In this document: piece after piece, positions 57,635 through 64,000 of the stretch
Position numbering within the stretch: the stretch's first letter is position 1
Layout of the letters: each line of letters opens with the position of its first letter
NCBI GenBank assembly: GCA_965231215.1
Contig: OZ246423.1
Location: 512,001-576,000, forward strand
Length of the DNA: 64,000 nucleotides
Source of the DNA: Candidatus Altimarinota bacterium
Lineage (GTDB): Bacteria > Patescibacteriota > Gracilibacteria > UBA4473
Reading direction: 5' to 3'
The notes under the pieces: model-generated
Database searches by the model: none
Told to the model about the DNA's origin: nothing
Seen by the model: the letters and a program-made list of their open reading frames with translations, nothing else
Made by a program: the position numbers and the translations under genes

Positions 57635-59440
57635 CTAATCTTCTTCAAATTGTTCCAAGACAAAATGCTGTTTCAATTTTTCCTTGTCTATGTCCTGAGA
57701 ATCCACAATACAATTTTCCAATACCAAGATATCCATATCCGTACGAATAAAACACTTAAACGCTTCCTCAAAATGACACACTATTGGCTCTCCACGAACA
57801 TTAAAAGAGGTATTAATAACCGTGTTACAACCCGTTAAATTTTTAAATTCAGAAATAAGGCCATGATACCGAGGGTTGGTTTTAGCCGAAACGGTTTGGA
57901 TTCTGGCCGAACCGTCTTTATGAGTAATCGCTGGTAAATCTTTTACCTTGGTCTGAGTGGTCAATAGCATATACGGACTTTCTTTGCCTCGCAGATCAAA
58001 AATCTCATTTGCCTCTTCTGCCAAAACCGAAGGAGCGAAGGGCCTGAAGCTTTCCCTAAATTTTATTTTTAGATTTACTCGTTTCCAGTTTTCTTCCTGT
58101 CTGGGATCGGCAATAATTGATCGATTTCCTAGAGCCCGTGGGCCAAATTCCATACGACCATGAAAGTGTCCAATCACTTTATCTTGTTCTAAGTATGAAG
58201 CGACTTTTTTTTGTAAGGCTTTTTCAGAATCAAGCTTATCAAATTTAATGCCATTATGTTGCAAAAACCTTTCAATATCTTTCTCTCTAAACGCTGGCCC
58301 TAGATAGACATGTTCAATACTATTTCTTTTAGTAACGCCTTTCCCCTGATGATGAACATACAGTGCCGCTCCTACACTGCCCCCAGCATCTCCTGCCGCT
58401 GGAAAAATAGACAGGTTTTCAAAGGGGCCATCACGTAAAATTTTTCCATTTGCTACACAATTCAACGCTACCCCACCAGACATACAGAGGTTTTTATGGG
58501 GATACTTTTTATACGCATAATTCACCAATCCCATCAGGAGTTCTTCCGTTACTTCCTGAAGGCTTTTAGCCAGGTCTTTATGATATTGAGTAAGATCATC
58601 ATTAGAATTTCTTACCGGCGCTCCAAAATGATTAACAAATTTCTTAGAAATCATTTTAAGGTCGTAACTGTAGGCGAAATATTGTGGCTTTAGATGAAAA
58701 CTCCCATCTTCAAAAACCTCCAAAAGCTCATAAATTTTATCTTTGTATTTAGGTTCTCCATAGGGAGCAAGCCCCATAACTTTATATTCTCCACTATTCA
58801 CTTTAAACCCAAGATAATAAGTAAAAGCGCTATAAAAAAGTCCTAGAGAATCTGGATACACAATTTCTTCTTTGAGGGTAAGTTCATTGTTATTGCCGAC
58901 CCCCAGGGTTGTGGTGGACCACTCACCTACACCATCTACCGTTAAAATAGTCGAGCTTTCAAATTTTGAGACGTAAAAGGAAGAAGCTCCATGACTTATA
59001 TGATGAGGTACATAAAAGATTTTACCATTGTATGGCATTATTTTTTCTGTTCCTTTTTTGGTTCTATTACGAGGCATAAAAATACCCAGCTCTTTACGAA
59101 TAATATGCTCCATCCAGAGTTTTTTACTCAGCCAGGTTCGCATGGCTTTTAGAAAAGATCTAAACCCCAAAGGCCAGTGGCGAATATAGGTCAAAAGAAG
59201 GCGCTCAAACTTCCAGATAGGTTTTTCATAAAAAGCCACATGTGCAACTTCTTCAAGTGTTATGCCACATTCTTCCAGACAATATTCAACCGCTTTCGTA
59301 GGAAAATTTTCATCCTGTTTGATACGTGTAAAACGCTCTTCTTGAGCCGCAGCTACCACTACACCATCTTTTAAAATACACGCACTACTATCGTGGTAAA
59401 AACAGGCAAGTCCTAAAATATATTGTGGCTTTTGGGGCAT
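57635..59440 (-). CDS. O-carbamoyltransferase (NodU/CmcH family)
   Basis: YHDSSA, EERFTR, GEYKVMGLAPYG, EFGPRALGNRS, NTSFN. Confidence 0.95.
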   Translation of the reverse strand: MPQKPQYILGLACFYHDSSACILKDGVVVAAAQEERFTRIKQDENFPTKAVEYCLEECGITLEEVAHVAFYEKPIWKFERLLLTYIRHWPLGFRSFLKAMRTWLSKKLWMEHIIRKELGIFMPRNRTKKGTEKIMPYNGKIFYVPHHISHGASSFYVSKFESSTILTVDGVGEWSTTTLGVGNNNELTLKEEIVYPDSLGLFYSAFTYYLGFKVNSGEYKVMGLAPYGEPKYKDKIYELLEVFEDGSFHLKPQYFAYSYDLKMISKKFVNHFGAPVRNSNDDLTQYHKDLAKSLQEVTEELLMGLVNYAYKKYPHKNLCMSGGVALNCVANGKILRDGPFENLSIFPAAGDAGGSVGAALYVHHQGKGVTKRNSIEHVYLGPAFREKDIERFLQHNGIKFDKLDSEKALQKKVASYLEQDKVIGHFHGRMEFGPRALGNRSIIADPRQEENWKRVNLKIKFRESFRPFAPSVLAEEANEIFDLRGKESPYMLLTTQTKVKDLPAITHKDGSARIQTVSAKTNPRYHGLISEFKNLTGCNTVINTSFNVRGEPIVCHFEEAFKCFIRTDMDILVLENCIVDSQDIDKEKLKQHFVLEQFEED

Positions 59441-59441
59441 T

Positions 59442-59672
59442 TTAAAATTGTTTCTCTAAGTCTTCTAAGGTTTTAGGTTGGTGTTCAAACGACCTCCAGG
59501 TGGTTTTTGGTTTCCGTTGAAAGAGCGAAAATAAATCATAAAAAATCGAGTAAATCCCAATAAACACAAAGTACACGAGTCCCAACAATATATGCTCATT
59601 AACCCACCCAATAGCATGAGCCAATTTCATCCAACCTTTCCAGAGGTAATTCCCTAAAGTTTTGAGTTTCAT
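59442..59672 (-). CDS. SxtJ-like small membrane protein
   Basis: WMKLAH.IGWVN..ILL...YF, ends LEKQF; abuts the carbamoyltransferase gene. Confidence 0.8.
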   Translation of the reverse strand: MKLKTLGNYLWKGWMKLAHAIGWVNEHILLGLVYFVFIGIYSIFYDLFSLFQRKPKTTWRSFEHQPKTLEDLEKQF

Positions 59673-59769
59673 TGATTTAGAACCTAAGAGTTAAAAGTGA
59701 TCAAAAACGAGGAGTTCAAGGAAGCCAAAAATTTTTGCAGCTGACACAGAAATTCAAAGTTTTTCTTCA

Positions 59770-61218
59770 TCACTTTAAATAAGCATTAATTCGGTTTAGA
59801 GATTCCTCTTTTCCAAGTATCTCCACCATCTCAAATGGCCCGGCAGACTTGTCTTTTCCCGATAAAGCTACACGGAACGGCCACAAAAATTGGCCATTTT
59901 TGAGTCCCATTTCTTGGATACGTTCAATACAGATTTCACGGAGATTTTCTCGATTCAAATCTACCTCATCCATGTTTTGCAAGAGTGTAGCAATTTCTGA
60001 CAGAACACTTTTTGATAAAGCCTTATCAACTTTCATTTTTTCATGTTCGAGAAGATCTTCGTTCACTTCTGGAGCCTCATAAAAATAAGCCATATTATCC
60101 CAATAGTCTGAAAATTTTGGTGATTTTTCACGTACAATTTCTAAAATTTTCTGACACTTGGTGGCATCTTCCATACAAGTTTTTAAAGGCTCTGGATCAT
60201 AAGCTTCACTCCACTCTAAAAATCTATTATACAAGATTTCAATATCCAAACGCATGGCCCATTTTTGGTTATACCAGGCAATTTTAGCTTCATCATATTT
60301 AGAAGCCGCCGGATTTATATGTTCTACCTTGAAAACTTCAATCAGCTCAGAAAGTGAGAAAATTTCTTCCGTTGTTTTTGGATTCCAGCCTAAGAAAGCC
60401 AGTCCATTCAGCACCGCTTCTGGTAGATATCCTTGAGCCCTAAAATCAGCAATAAGCACCGTTCCAACCCGTTTAGAAAGCTTTTTACCTTCTGTATCTA
60501 CTACTAGTGGAATATGCCCATAGACTGGAGGATTTACCCCCAGGGCTTCCCACAGCAAAAGCTGTTTTGGGGTGTTGGTAATATGATCTTCTCCGCGAAT
60601 CACATGGCTAATACTTTGTGCCTGGTCATCAAACACATTCGCCAAAATGTACAAAATCGTTCCGTTATTTCGGGCCACCACATAGTCTCCCAGAACTTTA
60701 CTATTAATCTGAACACCACCACGCACCATATCTTCCCATTCAATGAGCCTGTCTTGTGGAGTTTTAAATCTCCACGCATAAGGTTTTCCCGTCATCATCT
60801 CCGCTTCCAATTGGGCTCTGTCCCAATCTCTATAAGGAGACCAAAATACAAAATTCGTCCGTTCTTTATGCGCTTTCTCTCTCATTTGATCAATTTCCTC
60901 TGGGGTCACAAAGCAGGGGAAAACTTTGCCCTCTTCCCATAGTTTTTCAAGTCGACCTTTGTGTTCAGACAGGGAGTCTGTTTGATGCACCATTATAGAA
61001 GCTTCTTCTGGGAAACGCATCCCAAGCCAGCTTAGTCCTTCCAAAATTTCAGCTTCAAAGGCTTTATTTGACCTCTCTATATCGGTATCTTCCCATCTAA
61101 AAACAATAGCTCCGTTATGTGATTTAGCAAAGACATAATTAAACAAAACCGTTCGAGCGGTTCCTAAATGAAGTTTCCCCGTAGGTGATGGAGGCATCCG
61201 AACTATAACTTCTGACAT
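59770..61218 (-). CDS. gltX: Glutamate--tRNA ligase
   Basis: PSPTG.LHLG, RGEDH, KLSKR. Confidence 0.96.
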   Translation of the reverse strand: MSEVIVRMPPSPTGKLHLGTARTVLFNYVFAKSHNGAIVFRWEDTDIERSNKAFEAEILEGLSWLGMRFPEEASIMVHQTDSLSEHKGRLEKLWEEGKVFPCFVTPEEIDQMREKAHKERTNFVFWSPYRDWDRAQLEAEMMTGKPYAWRFKTPQDRLIEWEDMVRGGVQINSKVLGDYVVARNNGTILYILANVFDDQAQSISHVIRGEDHITNTPKQLLLWEALGVNPPVYGHIPLVVDTEGKKLSKRVGTVLIADFRAQGYLPEAVLNGLAFLGWNPKTTEEIFSLSELIEVFKVEHINPAASKYDEAKIAWYNQKWAMRLDIEILYNRFLEWSEAYDPEPLKTCMEDATKCQKILEIVREKSPKFSDYWDNMAYFYEAPEVNEDLLEHEKMKVDKALSKSVLSEIATLLQNMDEVDLNRENLREICIERIQEMGLKNGQFLWPFRVALSGKDKSAGPFEMVEILGKEESLNRINAYLK

Positions 61219-61278
61219 AAAATTAAAACCATAAGATTGCCCCGGCAGTATAGTACCGAATGCAGAATACTCAATGGT

Positions 61279-62340
61279 TTAACGCCTAATGTTTCCAAAG
61301 ACTCTTGAACTTACAGCTGTTTGAAAGCTTAATGTTGGAAGTCCCGCAGAATCAAAACCGTATTGATCGGGATTCCTCAACTCTGTATCAATAGAAATAA
61401 AGACATGAGGATGTACTTGAGAATCGTCAATTCTAAAACTCAAATAAGGATCTCTATTAGGCGCTGGCTCAAAAAGAAGCGCATTTACCTTTATTGCTAC
61501 TGGTGAAATAGTCGTACTTTCATGGCCTCTATCACAAAAATCTTCATTAGTGGAATCTCCTAAAATCGGATATTCTTCAAAAATATTATCTCCATCTTTA
61601 TCATATAAAAGCTCACATCTAGCCTGACTCGTATCCCATTGCAAACCGACATCAGAGCTACTACCAGGGTCGATTAAATCCCCATCACCATTAGCATCAA
61701 ATGGCCCCCAGATATCGCCTGTTCCATCATTATCGGTATCGGCCGTAAGCTGTCTCTCAATCTCTATCGTATCATTACTTCCGTTATAATATAAAGCCGT
61801 TCTGAGCGTTCGTGCAGAATTAATAAGATAAAGAGTATTAAGATTTAGGTCTCTATCCCAAGCCGTAGAACATTCATCATCATCGGTTCCATTTGGTTTT
61901 TTTCCTCCTAAGTTACGATCTTGTTCTGAATCTCCATTCGTATCCCAATAAAAAATGGTATTATAGCCCAAAGCCGCCCTGTTAGACTGGTTAATAGCCT
62001 CATCAGCATTGTTGTTCTGTATACTCGCTCCATTAGGCACCTGTTGGGTATTAAAGCTCGTACATTTAGTAGCTCCTGGCCCCATTTCTATAAAAAATCG
62101 ATCGTAATCAATGGTGTTATTGCGAATAGTTTGAGCCATTCTTTCCATCAAAAATCTTCCTTCAGCATAAAAATCATGCGAAAACTGAACTCGCCTCTGA
62201 CTAAAATAAATAGAAGCCACAATACTAAGAGCCGAAGTAATCACAATCGCAGCAATACCGGTAGCTGACAGAGTCTCTAGCAGAGTAAATCCTTTGGATT
62301 TGCTTTTGGGTTTCCAGTGTATAAATCGTTTAATATTCAT
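61279..62340 (-). CDS. PilW-like minor pilin with Asp-rich inserts
   Basis: KG|FTLLE; C-terminal QTAVSSR; DxDxDG-like motifs; start 62340 or 62358. Confidence 0.82.
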   Translation of the reverse strand: MNIKRFIHWKPKSKSKGFTLLETLSATGIAAIVITSALSIVASIYFSQRRVQFSHDFYAEGRFLMERMAQTIRNNTIDYDRFFIEMGPGATKCTSFNTQQVPNGASIQNNNADEAINQSNRAALGYNTIFYWDTNGDSEQDRNLGGKKPNGTDDDECSTAWDRDLNLNTLYLINSARTLRTALYYNGSNDTIEIERQLTADTDNDGTGDIWGPFDANGDGDLIDPGSSSDVGLQWDTSQARCELLYDKDGDNIFEEYPILGDSTNEDFCDRGHESTTISPVAIKVNALLFEPAPNRDPYLSFRIDDSQVHPHVFISIDTELRNPDQYGFDSAGLPTLSFQTAVSSRVFGNIRR

Positions 62341-63043
62341 GCCGTTCAAAAAAATCAAATAAATGCCCTTCTAACAGCGTTGTCCGCAGTCTTCCCTCTT
62401 CCAGCCACTGTACCCGTGACACAACTTTCAAGCGGGCATTATCACAACTCGCATCATCTGAATCGCAAAAAGTCGGAGGAGTCCCTTCATAAGGATTATC
62501 TTTATTCAAAAAAATCTGCCGATAAAAATTCGTCCCCTCAGTCGTAGTCGTATGGGTATATCTTCCCGCCGTTGTTTGGTACAAACGCAGTGGAGCCTGA
62601 TTCGTTTGGGCGCTGTCGCTTAAATCAAGATCCGCCTGCAAAGACGTAAGTTCTAGGTAGTACCGGTTATCGGTTAAATCGTAATCTAAAAGGTAGTAGG
62701 TGCCTGTACCACCTGAGTCCATAGTGCCGCCACCCCCACTGGGGAAACAGGCATTTTTATCCGCCGTAGTATCTAAACATAACCATTTATTTCTTCTATC
62801 ACCTGAATATTTAAGCCAATTGGTATCACGAATATTTCGAACCCCCTCAATCCCTTCACGCGCAATATTGAGAGAAATAATCCGATTTCGGATATTAATA
62901 TTGGTCTGAACCGCTCGATTTAAAATGGTAAATGTAGCGACCAAAACACTGCTCAAAAGAGCCGTTGAAACTACTACCTCTAGGATGGAATCTCCACGAG
63001 CTTTCCATTGTCTTTTAAACCACAAAGTAATTTTATTTTTCAT
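62330..63043 (-). CDS. PilV-like minor pilin
   Basis: RG|DSILEV, AREGIEGVRNIRDTNW. Confidence 0.8.
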   Translation of the reverse strand: MKNKITLWFKRQWKARGDSILEVVVSTALLSSVLVATFTILNRAVQTNINIRNRIISLNIAREGIEGVRNIRDTNWLKYSGDRRNKWLCLDTTADKNACFPSGGGGTMDSGGTGTYYLLDYDLTDNRYYLELTSLQADLDLSDSAQTNQAPLRLYQTTAGRYTHTTTTEGTNFYRQIFLNKDNPYEGTPPTFCDSDDASCDNARLKVVSRVQWLEEGRLRTTLLEGHLFDFFERHEY

Positions 63044-63045
63044 TT

Positions 63046-63630
63046 TTAGTAAGTCGGGCAGGTAGTTCCAGACTTGTTAAAGGTAGGAAACCCAGAAACT
63101 CTATTAAAACAAATAGTCTGCTGAAAACTACTATTGGTATGCCCTAAAATATTAGTGACTGATTCGGCTTTTTTATCACTTCCATCATTGTATTCCAGCT
63201 TTGACTGACCTCCACCAGAAAAAAAGATATAAGAAACACTCACTGGAAAACTCGAAGTCATTACAGAGGGGTCTTGATCTTCATTAAAATCCATAGATTC
63301 AAGATCGATTTTTTCTGGACTTACCGTAGCACGCTCTATCGTGTAGTTTGTCGAATCATAAAAACATTGCAGGTCGTAGGTAAAACTCCCTAGAGTCGGT
63401 ATCATTACCGCTCTCCAGTTGATGGCGGTAGACCCATTACTACATTTTTTGTTGGTCATAGCAGCATTACGCGCATCTACAATCGTGTCAAAAAAAGCCT
63501 GAACTTCACTTCTATACTGATCCCTGTCACGTAGACGCCAAAACTCAGGCGCCGAAATAGTAGCAATAATCCCCAAAATGGTCATAGTCGCCAAAACCTC
63601 AATAAGCGAGAATCCAGATTTTCGAAACAT
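63046..63630 (-). CDS. FimT-like minor pilin
   Basis: SG|FSLIEVL; start reassigned to MFRK. Confidence 0.82.
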   Translation of the reverse strand: MFRKSGFSLIEVLATMTILGIIATISAPEFWRLRDRDQYRSEVQAFFDTIVDARNAAMTNKKCSNGSTAINWRAVMIPTLGSFTYDLQCFYDSTNYTIERATVSPEKIDLESMDFNEDQDPSVMTSSFPVSVSYIFFSGGGQSKLEYNDGSDKKAESVTNILGHTNSSFQQTICFNRVSGFPTFNKSGTTCPTY

Positions 63631-63685
63631 CGTTCCTATTGTAGGAAAAAAAGTTTCGGTTACAATCTCGCTCGAATAGAAGCAC

Positions 63686-64000
63686 ATGGAAATTAGAAAT
63701 TTTTGTATTATTGCACATATTGATCACGGAAAGTCCACCTTGGCTGACCGATTCCTAGAGATTACGGGCACCGTTGATAAACGCGATATGAAAAACGACC
63801 AGCTCCTCGATACCATGGAACTGGAACAAGAACGGGGGATCACCATCAAATTGCAGCCGGTTCGAATGAACTGGAAAACTCATCAGTTGAACCTAATTGA
63901 TACCCCGGGACATGTAGATTTTTCCTATGAAGTTTCTCGGTCACTCGCGGCCTGCGAAGGCGCTATTTTGGTCGTAGATGCAACGCAAGGTATTGAAGCA
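63686..64000 (+). CDS. lepA: Elongation factor 4, truncated by the window end
   Basis: [22 protein letters not shown]...ERGITIK...DTPGHVDF. Confidence 0.96.
   Translation, partial: MEIRNFCIIAHIDHGKSTLADRFLEITGTVDKRDMKNDQLLDTMELEQERGITIKLQPVRMNWKTHQLNLIDTPGHVDFSYEVSRSLAACEGAILVVDATQGIEA

Noticed and set aside
54686-59672. Saxitoxin biosynthesis cluster
   Set aside because: No sxtA, sxtG or other core genes; sxtI/J/K-like genes are widespread outside toxin producers.

Overview
AT-rich bacterial chromosome segment that looks like Patescibacteria/CPR, Peregrinibacteria-like (inferred from gene content). TGA is used as a stop, so it uses genetic code 11. Core genes: the infA-rpmJ-rpsM-rpsK-rpsD-rpoA-rplQ-rplM-rpsI operon, pcrA, trxB, murC, metK (with a SAM riboswitch), cysS, gltX, partial lepA, four tRNAs (Ile, Leu, fMet, Trp), two paralogous type IV minor-pilin cassettes, pilC, pilT, three VirB2-like pilins and a VirD4-like ATPase. 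Most notable: (1) a candidate ECF sigma regulon, where the motif TTTTTTGAAAGAAA-N13/14-CGTAT precedes the sigma/anti-sigma locus and two distant secreted proteins sharing one uncharacterised ~31-aa repeat; (2) a compact flavinylation module of an anchored peptide ending SYAS, a signal-less ApbE, and an FMN reductase fused to a His-less MsrQ-like domain; (3) stacked, eroded recombinase islands at tRNA-Trp; (4) a zinc-independent L36 in the canonical operon position; (5) a pseudo-tRNA next to tRNA-Ile; (6) an sxtI/J/K-like carbamoyltransferase module split by an SLH-thioredoxin gene. All family calls come from motif recognition; no searches were run.
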